Source of the DNA: a virus
Taxonomy: Duplodnaviria; Heunggongvirae; Uroviricota; Caudoviricetes
Length of the DNA stretch: 8,178 nt
Strand: one strand, 5' to 3'
IMG/VR virus record: IMGVR_UViG_2778261085_000010
In this document: piece after piece, positions 1 through 6,989 of the stretch
How the letters are laid out: every line of letters begins with the position of its first letter
Position numbering within the stretch: position 1 is the first letter of the stretch
Notes under the pieces: generated by a model
The model's input: only the letters and a program-made list of their open reading frames with translations
What the model was told of the DNA's origin: nothing
Databases searched by the model: none
Made by a program: the position numbers and the translations under genes

Positions 1-1
1 G

Positions 2-436
2 GAGCAATCACACCAACTGCAGCAGCCTGAAGCCGATTCCGCCATTCAGCGGGAAGCCGATCGGGTAGTCCCGGAAAACACCGGGCAGTCTGTGGGACGA
101 GTGGATTATCCGGATGTGTTCGAACAGGTCTGGCGGGAGTACCCGTTGCGTGCCGGGGCAAATCCGAAGAAATCCGCTTTCAGTGCCTGGAAGGCCAGAT
201 TACGCGAGGGGGTGCCACCAGAGGCCATGCTGGATGGCGTGAGGCGTTACGCAAGATACTTGGCGGCTACCGGGAAAACGGGAACGGAATTTGTTCAGCG
301 AGCGACGACGTTTTTTGGACCGGACCGGAATTTTGAGAACCCTTGGTTGCTCCCGGTAAGCGGCACGAACAACCAGCGTTGTGTGAATCATATTTCTGAA
401 CCGGATAACGAAATTCCGCCGGGCTTCAGGGGGTAA
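2..436 (+). CDS. Phage replication-module protein, C-terminal part (5'-partial; frame open to window start)
   Basis: Frame 2 is open from position 2 with no stop; the listed ORF start at 92 is a GTG with no convincing RBS, so the gene most likely begins upstream of the window. A polar Q/E/P-rich linker-like stretch precedes a conserved-looking C-terminal domain (WREYP...GANPKK...TFFGP). Its position directly upstream of a ~97-aa Ren-like ORF matches the lambda O/P-ren layout. Product call is from position and general resemblance only. Confidence 0.4.
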   Translation, partial: EQSHQLQQPEADSAIQREADRVVPENTGQSVGRVDYPDVFEQVWREYPLRAGANPKKSAFSAWKARLREGVPPEAMLDGVRRYARYLAATGKTGTEFVQRATTFFGPDRNFENPWLLPVSGTNNQRCVNHISEPDNEIPPGFRG

Positions 437-476
437 GTGTTAATTTCTGGTCATGAGGTAATTTTCAGGGGGGCTT

Positions 477-770
477 GTGGCAAAAGTTTTTACACAAGAA
501 GAGCGGGAAAAAATTAAAGGGCAGGTTCTTGAACTCGTACGCCAGAGTGGGCGCGAGACGTTACGACAACTGGAAGCTAAAACTGGGGCAACAAGATATC
601 TGATGAGCGTTCTGGCCAGAGAGCTGGTTGCCAGTGGCGATGTATACAACTCTGGTTACGGGTTATTCCCGTCTGAACAGGCGCGTAAGGACTGGCAAAA
701 TGCCCGTAAAAAGCTCTCAAGGGCAAAGCTGAAGAAACCATCTGCGGTTGATCCGGACCTTATCTGGTAA
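477..770 (+). CDS. Small basic protein, possibly Ren-like or winged-helix DNA-binding (97 aa)
   Basis: GTG start at 477 with a G-rich RBS (aggggggc) a few nt upstream. Size and position immediately after the replication gene resemble lambda ren. It has a basic C-terminal tail (ARKKLSRAKLKKP) and a TGAT-containing putative helix-turn-helix segment. No strong family recognition. Confidence 0.4.
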   Translation: MAKVFTQEEREKIKGQVLELVRQSGRETLRQLEAKTGATRYLMSVLARELVASGDVYNSGYGLFPSEQARKDWQNARKKLSRAKLKKPSAVDPDLIW

Positions 771-1045
771 TTACCTGATGGAGAAATACGTCGTTACGAC
801 AGGCGTCATAATATGATTTGTACTGAGTGTCGTAAAAGCGAAGTTATGCAGCGCATATTGTCGTTTTATCAGGGGGATGTTCGGCATTTATTGAAGTGAC
901 GAGATTAAAGTGCATTAGTTCAGATGCAAATTGACATTTTGTGGCACAGGGTAGAGCTAGCGTGGTTGTCCGCTTTGTGCCAACAGCGGACATTATAGAT
1001 GGTATATGTAAAAAGTGAACATGCGTAGATTGTATGATTTAGCCG

Positions 1046-1855
1046 TCACTTAATTATTGGATAACTCACACAAGTATGACCGTTGCTTATCGCATACATT
1101 TGGTTTCCCTTAAGATTTACAAATGGAAATGTCGTATACTCATAATTTATAGAGGTCATGTTAAATGTAAGGAATTTATCTTCAAGTTCTAATTTTGTAG
1201 AGTGGGCAGGGTATGTTCCTTCATTTTTCATTGTGATAATAAAACCGATAGGGAAAAAATGTAAAGCACAAATAAATGCCACATGTCCTTCGTTCATAAA
1301 TGCTACACTTTGAGCGGATATGTGCATTCTGTGTGGGTAAAACCAGTAGTAAATATCATGAGTTTCCTCAAAACTTGAATTTTTACCCAAAACATAATCC
1401 TTTAAAGGTGTATAGAAGGGGCTATCTACGGGTTCTTTTTTACAATCTTCAACTGAAGTTGCTGATAGCACGTGCCCAATCATAGCCTTAGTGAAAGATA
1501 TGCTATCAAAAGGTATTCTAATGAATGGATATACATTCATACCATTCATATATCGACTTAACTGTTCTTTAAAGGACTTTGTTACATTTTCAATTGCAAC
1601 ATCGAGCCCACCTAATACCTTATTGTTACAGTGGCTGCAAATGGTTCTGAAATAAGAGCCATTTTTAGCATTTAATGGTTTAACTGGTTCCTGAATACCA
1701 AAAAATTCGCTAACTGTTTTCTGCAAAACAGGGCCTAAGGTTATGGCGCACTTTGGAGGAACATGATCTTTTGTGAGCAAGCCATATTTCCCACAAATAT
1801 TGCAATAACCTTCAGTAATGCCATTGTGCTTCCATCGTTCACTAATTTTCGTCAT
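1046..1855 (-). CDS. HNH nuclease-domain protein with uncharacterised ~190-aa C-terminal domain (269 aa); AT-rich cargo gene
   Basis: Uninterrupted 810-nt ORF on the minus strand. Start ATG at 1853-1855 is preceded on the mRNA by GAGGGA plus a 7-nt spacer. The N-terminus carries a zinc-finger HNH pattern (CNICGKYGLLTKDHVPPKC ... NGSYFRTICSHCNNK). GC content is visibly lower than the flanking prophage genes and the gene is opposite in orientation to them. Confidence 0.7.
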   Translation of the reverse strand: MTKISERWKHNGITEGYCNICGKYGLLTKDHVPPKCAITLGPVLQKTVSEFFGIQEPVKPLNAKNGSYFRTICSHCNNKVLGGLDVAIENVTKSFKEQLSRYMNGMNVYPFIRIPFDSISFTKAMIGHVLSATSVEDCKKEPVDSPFYTPLKDYVLGKNSSFEETHDIYYWFYPHRMHISAQSVAFMNEGHVAFICALHFFPIGFIITMKNEGTYPAHSTKLELEDKFLTFNMTSINYEYTTFPFVNLKGNQMYAISNGHTCVSYPIIK

Positions 1856-2178
1856 TTTTATTCCCTCAGTAGCATAAGCTATCTATACGTTTTTTAATCC
1901 TATCAAAGATACAACTTAACGTCAGGAAAATGATAGTGTTTATCTAAGTAATACAATTAACTTCAACGCGTGACAGTCTGCTTTTCGCTCAAAGCGGACT
2001 AGAAGGTTAGCTTGCGTCGGACTTGGCGTATTTAAAGAAGTGCTGGTGGTGACTGGTTGTTGTGTTCCATTTCTACAGAACAAAATCACAGAAACTATAC
2101 CCAATAGTTGTATTGAATCACTGACGAGACAGCCTCATATTTATCAGGACTGGTGTACGTCCAATACAGGAGGTTGTG

Positions 2179-2268
2179 GTGCTGGTTCTCAAATGTGCGC
2201 TGGCTATTGCTGCTGTAATGGCAATTTATTGCCTTGCTGTTGTTCTTATGGATCGCCTTTCTGATTGA
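2179..2268 (+). CDS. Candidate small hydrophobic peptide (29 aa, MLVLKCALAIAAVMAIYCLAVVLMDRLSD)
   Basis: Perfect Shine-Dalgarno AGGAGG at 2168-2173, 5 nt upstream of GTG 2179. The peptide is a single predicted transmembrane helix. The overlapping listed ORF 2040..2264 is Cys-rich (CCCNGNLLPCCC) because it reads the Ala/Leu codons of this frame out of register. Confidence 0.3.
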   Translation: MLVLKCALAIAAVMAIYCLAVVLMDRLSD

Positions 2269-2317
2269 TTTTATATTGGCGAGGTGACGTGAGTTAAGTA
2301 GAATTGCTGCGGGTGCT

Positions 2318-2358
2318 TGAGGCTATCTGCCTCAGGCATGAACACCAAAGGCAGATAG
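2318..2358 (+). promoter_or_regulatory. hok mRNA leader with mutually exclusive stem-loops
   Basis: Local hairpin TGAGGC(2318-2323)/GCCTCA(2329-2334) overlaps an alternative long-range 9-bp pairing CTATCTGCC(2323-2331)/GGCAGATAG(2350-2358). Alternative folds of this kind are characteristic of hok-family mRNA leaders. Confidence 0.4.
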
Positions 2359-2479
2359 ATAAAAGCCCCAGTTAACATTACGCGTCCTGCAAGACGCTTA
2401 ACATTAATCTGAGGCTCAATCTATGAACGGCAAATCTAGGTTAGCCTCTTACGTGCCGAAAGGCAAGGAGAAGCAGGCT

Positions 2480-2635
2480 ATGAAGCAGCAAAAGGCGATG
2501 TTAATCGCCCTGATCGTCATCTGTTTAACCGTCATAGTGACGGCACTGGTAACGAGGAAAGACCTCTGCGAGGTACGAATCCGAACCGGCCAGACGGAGG
2601 TCGCTGTCTTCACAGCTTACGAACCTGAGGAGTAA
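2480..2635 (+). CDS. hokD: Hok-family type I toxin HokD/RelF (51 aa); possible in-frame upstream start at 2423
   Basis: Translation MKQQKAMLIALIVICLTVIVTALVTRKDLCEVRIRTGQTEVAVFTAYEPEE matches the HokD/RelF sequence as I recall it and carries the Hok signature (TM helix, LCEVRIR, AYE). AAGGAG RBS lies 9 nt upstream of ATG 2480. A second in-frame ATG at 2423 also has a GAGG RBS 8 nt upstream, which would give a 70-aa form. Confidence 0.85.
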   Translation: MKQQKAMLIALIVICLTVIVTALVTRKDLCEVRIRTGQTEVAVFTAYEPEE

Positions 2636-2642
2636 GAGACCA

Positions 2643-2664
2643 GGCGGGGGAGAAATCCCTCGCC
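2643..2664 (+). other. Stable 3' hairpin with GAAA tetraloop after hokD
   Basis: GGCGGGGGA-gaaa-TCCCTCGCC forms a 9-bp stem (one G-U pair) with a GNRA loop, 8 nt after the hokD stop. Consistent with hok mRNA 3' fold-back elements. Confidence 0.45.
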
Positions 2665-2703
2665 ACCTCTGATGTGTCAGGCATCCTCAACGCACCCGCA
2701 CTT

Positions 2704-2730
2704 AACCCGCTTCGGCGGGTTTTGTTTTTT
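2704..2730 (+). terminator. Rho-independent terminator downstream of hokD
   Basis: ACCCGC-ttcg-GCGGGT stem with UUCG loop, followed by TTTTGTTTTTT. Confidence 0.6.
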
Positions 2731-2802
2731 CCTGGCATTCTGGTTTACAATTCGCACGCCAGCCTGAACAACTGGCACCTGCTGCGCCAGCAGAGACAAC
2801 CG

Positions 2803-3081
2803 ATGGCGCACGATACCAAATTACACAATTCTGATAATTCAGCCGTCTTTGCCAGCAGGCACGGGCGGCGCTCTCACGCATTTAAATCTGATTGGTACCA
2901 GCATCCCCCATGTACTGAAGAACAAGCTGAATGGCTAATTCAGTGCTACCGCAGACACGGATACGAGATTAAGAAAGCCCTCAGCCTCGATTATCGTCAC
3001 TGGATAATCTCCGTCAGGCTTCCTTACTCCGAACGCCCACCGCGTCCGTCACGCACATTCCAGCAACGGATCTGGAGGTAA
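2803..3081 (+). CDS. rem: Rem-like small prophage protein (92 aa from ATG 2803)
   Basis: Listed ORF 2674..3081 starts with a GTG inside the hokD terminator, so the internal ATG at 2803 (weak GAGA RBS) is the more plausible start. Position between hokD and the DUF968 gene matches the K-12 Qin order hokD-rem-ydfU. Symbol assigned by synteny and recollection, not by alignment. Confidence 0.45.
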   Translation: MAHDTKLHNSDNSAVFASRHGRRSHAFKSDWYQHPPCTEEQAEWLIQCYRRHGYEIKKALSLDYRHWIISVRLPYSERPPRPSRTFQQRIWR

Positions 3082-3082
3082 C

Positions 3083-4138
3083 GTGCGGGTATTACTTCGA
3101 CCTGTTCCGGTACCGGAACTTGGGCTGGTGGTGCTAAAGCCGGGCCGTGAATCCATGCAGGTATTTCATAACCCTCGAGTGCTGGTGGAGCCGGAACCGA
3201 AAAGCATGCGCGGTCTGCCATCCGGGATTGTTCCTGCCGTTCGCCAGCCACAGATGGAAGATAAATCATTACTGCCATTTTTCAGCGACGAACGGGTGAT
3301 TCGTGCTGCTGGCGGCGCAGGCGCATTGTCTGACTGGCTCCTGCGTCATATTAAATCCTGCCAGTGGCCTCATGGTGACTACCATCACAGTGAAACCGTC
3401 ATTCACCGTTACGGTACCGGCGCAATGGTGTTGTGCTGGCACTGCGACAACCAGCTGCGTGATCAGACATCGGAATCACTCGGGCTACTTGCTCAACAAA
3501 ATCTGACAGCCTGGATGATTGACGTCATACGTCACGCAATAAGCGGTACACAGGAACGGGAATTATCGCTGGCTGAATTATCCTGGTGGGCGGTCCGCAA
3601 TCAGGTGGCGGACGCGCTACCGGAAGCGGTATTACGTCGTTCGCTGGGGTTGCGTGCGGAAAAAATCCGCCCAATGTACCGTGAAAGCGACATCGTGCCG
3701 GGAGAGCAGACCGCCACCAGCATACTGAAGCAGCGCACAAAAAATCTTGCACCGCTGCCTCACGCCCACCAGCAAAACCCGCCACAGGAAAAGACGGTGG
3801 TAAGCATTGCCGTTGATCCGGAGTCACCGGCTCAGTATCTCCAGCGCCAGAAACCACAACGGGAAGAGATGCCTGTATACACGCGCTGGGTAAAAACGCA
3901 GAAATGCATGACGTGCGGTAATCAGGCAGATGATCCGCATCACATCATTGGTCATGGACTGGGAGGGATGGGAACAAAGGCTGATGATTTGTTTGTTATT
4001 CCGCTGTGCCGTAAATGTCATAACGAACTGCACGCCGGGGTAAAAGATTTTGAAGAAAAACACGGCAGCCAGCTGTTGTTGCTGATTCGTTTTTTAATGC
4101 ACGCGAGAAATTCGGGTGTCCTGAAGTGGAAAGCATGA
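3083..4138 (+). CDS. ydfU: DUF968-family prophage protein (YdfU-like, 351 aa) with C-terminal HNH-like zinc motif
   Basis: GTG start at 3083, 4 nt after GGAGG (3074-3078) and 1 nt after the upstream stop. C-terminus reads CMTCGNQADDPHHIIGHGLGG...IPLCRKCHNELH. Length and synteny match K-12 YdfU (~349 aa) next to the Q gene. Confidence 0.75.
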   Translation: MRVLLRPVPVPELGLVVLKPGRESMQVFHNPRVLVEPEPKSMRGLPSGIVPAVRQPQMEDKSLLPFFSDERVIRAAGGAGALSDWLLRHIKSCQWPHGDYHHSETVIHRYGTGAMVLCWHCDNQLRDQTSESLGLLAQQNLTAWMIDVIRHAISGTQERELSLAELSWWAVRNQVADALPEAVLRRSLGLRAEKIRPMYRESDIVPGEQTATSILKQRTKNLAPLPHAHQQNPPQEKTVVSIAVDPESPAQYLQRQKPQREEMPVYTRWVKTQKCMTCGNQADDPHHIIGHGLGGMGTKADDLFVIPLCRKCHNELHAGVKDFEEKHGSQLLLLIRFLMHARNSGVLKWKA

Positions 4139-4516
4139 ATGACTGAACGCATAGAATTTGTTTTGCCTTACCCGCCGACGGTGAACACCTACTGGCGACG
4201 CCGTGGCTGCACATATTTTATATCGGAAGCCGGTAAGCGTTATCGCCGCGATGTGGCGCTTATCGTTCGCCAGCAGAGGCTGAAATTAAATCTGTCCGGA
4301 AGGCTGGCGATAACGGTTATCGCAGAGCCGCCGGATAAGCGCCGTCGTGATCTGGACAATATCCTGAAAGCGCCACTGGATGCGCTGACACATGCGGGGC
4401 TGCTTATCGACGACGAGCAGTTTGATGAAATTAATATTGTGCGCGGTCAGCCTGTTCTTGGTGGGCGACTGGGTGTGAAGATTTTCATAATCAGAGGTGG
4501 TAACGATGGCGCGTGA
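4139..4516 (+). CDS. rusA: RusA-family Holliday junction resolvase (125 aa)
   Basis: ATG at 4139 abuts the upstream TGA (ATGAATGA junction). Conserved RusA catalytic region PDKRRRDLDN...KAPLDALTHAGLLIDDEQ compares well with E. coli RusA (PDRRRRDLDN...KAAFDALTKAGFWLDDAQ) as recalled. Confidence 0.75.
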   Translation: MTERIEFVLPYPPTVNTYWRRRGCTYFISEAGKRYRRDVALIVRQQRLKLNLSGRLAITVIAEPPDKRRRDLDNILKAPLDALTHAGLLIDDEQFDEINIVRGQPVLGGRLGVKIFIIRGGNDGA

Positions 4517-4871
4517 CATTCCATTTGTTCTTGAACGATGGGGGGCATGGGCTGCGAGTGATAGCTCAGGAGTTGATTATTCCCCAATTGCTGCTGGATT
4601 TAAGGGGCTTTTACCGTGTACCAGTAAAATACGACAGGCATGCAGTGATGCGGATGGATTAATCATAGATGGCTGCCTAGCTCTTCTTAAGAAGAAAAAA
4701 CCATATGAGCACTCTCTGATTGTGGCTCATTACTTGTATGGTATATCGAAGCGGAAGATCGCAAAGGCACGTAAAAAAGATGAGAAACTAATACGTATTG
4801 AGATTAAGATGGCTGAAGGGTTTGTTGAAGGCTGTCTCTCAATGAGGGGTGTTAAACTTGAAATGGATTAG
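4506..4871 (+). CDS. Late-gene antitermination protein Q (121 aa)
   Basis: ATG 4506 with GAGGTGG RBS, overlapping the rusA 3' end by 11 nt. Motif LERWGAWAA...IAAGFKGLLP...LEMD is characteristic of the Q antiterminator family of lambdoid prophages (quuD/quuQ type). The listed start at 4497 is a GTG 9 nt earlier. Confidence 0.8.
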   Translation: MARDIPFVLERWGAWAASDSSGVDYSPIAAGFKGLLPCTSKIRQACSDADGLIIDGCLALLKKKKPYEHSLIVAHYLYGISKRKIAKARKKDEKLIRIEIKMAEGFVEGCLSMRGVKLEMD

Positions 4872-4876
4872 TGGAG

Positions 4877-4894
4877 CCCCGGTTTAAGCCGGGG
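4877..4894 (+). other. GC-rich hairpin immediately 3' of Q (weak terminator or Q-region RNA structure)
   Basis: CCCCGG-tttaag-CCGGGG, a 6-bp all-GC stem 6 nt after the Q stop, followed by ATGTTTCTG (only a short U-tract). Confidence 0.3.
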
Positions 4895-5352
4895 ATGTTT
4901 CTGAGCGAAGAGATGTTTGTTTGTGAAGCTATTATATAGTTAATTAGGAAAACATGTGTTTTCGATAGCTGTACAGGTGACTTTTTTCATCAATTTCAAC
5001 ATGGCGTGAGAAGCAGATTTTTTGCGTACCAGATGTTTTATTTGGTTTTAGATTTCAGATTATTTCGAACAACGACAAAATGCCATTGTTCGTAGAGTTC
5101 ACAGATAGAGCCACACCAGCATGAGCTTCAGGAGACAAGGTTACCCGTCGCAGTAGGGGATTTTTAAAGTGCTTATAACGGTGTTGATGTGGACTTTCAG
5201 TGTTCTGGCAGTAACAACAGTAGAAGTGAGCATTGTGGTTCATATCCAGTAAGTGTGATGCACACTCAAAATATATCTAATGGGATTAATGTTTTCTTAA
5301 TGTAAACCATGTAAAATTTCAGGGAGAGTTCAATACTTGTTCATAATTTATT

Positions 5353-6369
5353 ATGTGTAGTATCAATAAACTTAGTGTTATTGTCCCGTTATATAATGCG
5401 GGCGATTATTTCTGCACCTGTATGGAATCTTTAATCACGCAAACGTGGACTGATCTGGAAATTATCATTATTAATGATGGTTCGACAGATAATTCTGTTG
5501 AGATAGCAAAGTATTACGCGGAAAACTATCCGCACGTTCGTTTGCTGCATCAGGCTAATGCTGGCGCATCGGTAGCGCGTAATCGTGGGATCGAGGCGGC
5601 GACGGGCAAATATGTCGCTTTTGTCGATGCTGATGATGAGGTCTATCCCACCATGTACGAAACGCTGATGACCATGGTGTTAGAGGATGACCTCGACGTG
5701 GCGCAGTGCAACGCTGACTGGTGTTTTCGTGAAACGGGAGAAACCTGGCAATCCATCCCCACCGATCGCCTTCGCTCAACCGGCGTATTAACTGGCCCGG
5801 ACTGGCTGCGGATGGGACTTTCTTCCCGCCGTTGGACTCACGTTGTCTGGATGGGCGTTTATCGTCGCGACGCTATTGTAAAGAATAATATTAAATTTAT
5901 TGCCGGATTACATCATCAGGATATTGTCTGGACAACTGAGTTTATGTTTAACGCGCAGCGTGCGCGATATACCGAGCAATCGTTATATAAATATTATCTG
6001 CATAATACGTCAGTGAGTCGGTTGAACAGACAAGGGAATAAAAACCTTAATTATCAACGTCACTATATTAAGATCACCCGCCTGCTGGAGAAATTAAATC
6101 GAAATTATGCCGACAAAATTACGATTTATCCTGAATTTCATCAGCAAATAACTTACGAAGCATTGCGTGTTTGCCATGCGGTACGCAAAGAGCCGGATAT
6201 TCTTACCCGCCAACGGATGATTGCCGAGATATTTGCTTCCGGTATGTATAAGCGTATGATTACGAATGTGCGCAGTATAAAGGTTGGTTATCAGGCGTTA
6301 CTGTGGTCTTTTCGCTTATGGAAATGGCGAAACAAAACACAGGTTATGCGTCCAATTGATTGGATATGA
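5353..6369 (+). CDS. Family 2 glycosyltransferase (GT2), soluble type (338 aa)
   Basis: N-terminal GT-A fold signatures: [53 protein letters not shown] (DxD). No C-terminal transmembrane pair of the GtrB kind is apparent. No obvious RBS upstream of ATG 5353. Confidence 0.8.
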   Translation: MCSINKLSVIVPLYNAGDYFCTCMESLITQTWTDLEIIIINDGSTDNSVEIAKYYAENYPHVRLLHQANAGASVARNRGIEAATGKYVAFVDADDEVYPTMYETLMTMVLEDDLDVAQCNADWCFRETGETWQSIPTDRLRSTGVLTGPDWLRMGLSSRRWTHVVWMGVYRRDAIVKNNIKFIAGLHHQDIVWTTEFMFNAQRARYTEQSLYKYYLHNTSVSRLNRQGNKNLNYQRHYIKITRLLEKLNRNYADKITIYPEFHQQITYEALRVCHAVRKEPDILTRQRMIAEIFASGMYKRMITNVRSIKVGYQALLWSFRLWKWRNKTQVMRPIDWI

Positions 6370-6989
6370 TTTATATTTCTCATTTATCAAGATAATCATC
6401 CAGATGATCTTATTTGGTATTTTGCGCGACTTTTCAAATATCATAGGTTACAAAAAAGTTGTTGAATTGCTGTCTATCAACATGCGTTTGCTAACGAGAA
6501 AAGAATTTGTTGGTGTATTTTTTGAGAGGATAAAATACAACCGCTTTATGCCGATATGTTTCATAACAAAAGCGAAATCCGTATTAGCAGCAATCAAGAC
6601 GAACACACCAACGGGCTTCTCATGAGTAAGGATGGTCATATTCATACTGAGCTTAATGTTGACGGCTTTTGGCTTGTATTATTCGTAGTGTACAGCTCAA
6701 GTTGTCCAAGAGGAGCGAGAGTACCATGTCTGGCTTCTGTATGGAGTGTAACAATTAGTTAAGGGTAAGATAACTCTGTCAACCATTTCATATGGGAACT
6801 ATATAAATGCTTACGCGGTCCGCAAAAACAATTGTAACATGTTAAGAGTTATTACTTCGACTTCTTTCATACCCCCACCTCCGGGCTGTTTTTTGTGCCA
6901 AAGGGGAGGACGTTGAATGTGCTGGTTGGTGTGAATATGATGGTTTATTGCTAATTGCTTACTTCCCTGATGCGTGTGAAGTATTGGGT

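Noticed and set aside
200-649. Minus-strand ORFs 200..391 and 440..649
   Set aside because: Antisense overlaps of the replication-module and Ren-like genes; no RBS; Arg/Ser-rich composition typical of shadow ORFs.
931-959. TTGACA -35-like hexamer at 931-936
   Set aside because: No acceptable -10 hexamer at 16-18 bp spacing.
1300-1485. Plus-strand 61-aa ORF inside the HNH gene
   Set aside because: Embedded antisense in a longer, better-supported ORF.
2040-2264. 74-aa Cys-rich ORF (CCCNGNLLPCCC)
   Set aside because: Out-of-register reading of an Ala/Leu-rich frame; no RBS at its ATG; the alternative frame has a perfect SD. Treated as a frame artefact.
2265-2479. Expected relE/relB upstream of hokD
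   Set aside because: All three frames were translated and none encodes a RelE-like C-terminus; relBE is absent from this copy.
3024-4519. ORFs 3024..3278(-), 3303..3506(+), 3525..3857(-), 3824..4063(-), 3996..4214(-), 4286..4519(-)
   Set aside because: All nested within or antisense to the DUF968 and rusA coding sequences; none has start signals; products are low-complexity.
4895-5060. Late promoter pR' immediately downstream of Q
   Set aside because: Several weak -10-like hexamers (TATATA/TATAGT near 4933-4940), but none has a properly spaced -35; cannot be called from sequence alone.
5055-5243. Minus-strand 62-aa ORF between Q and GT2
   Set aside because: No RBS, no recognisable motif, lies in an AT-rich intergenic region.
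5555-5779. Minus-strand 74-aa ORF inside GT2
   Set aside because: Antisense shadow ORF in the GC-rich part of the glycosyltransferase gene.
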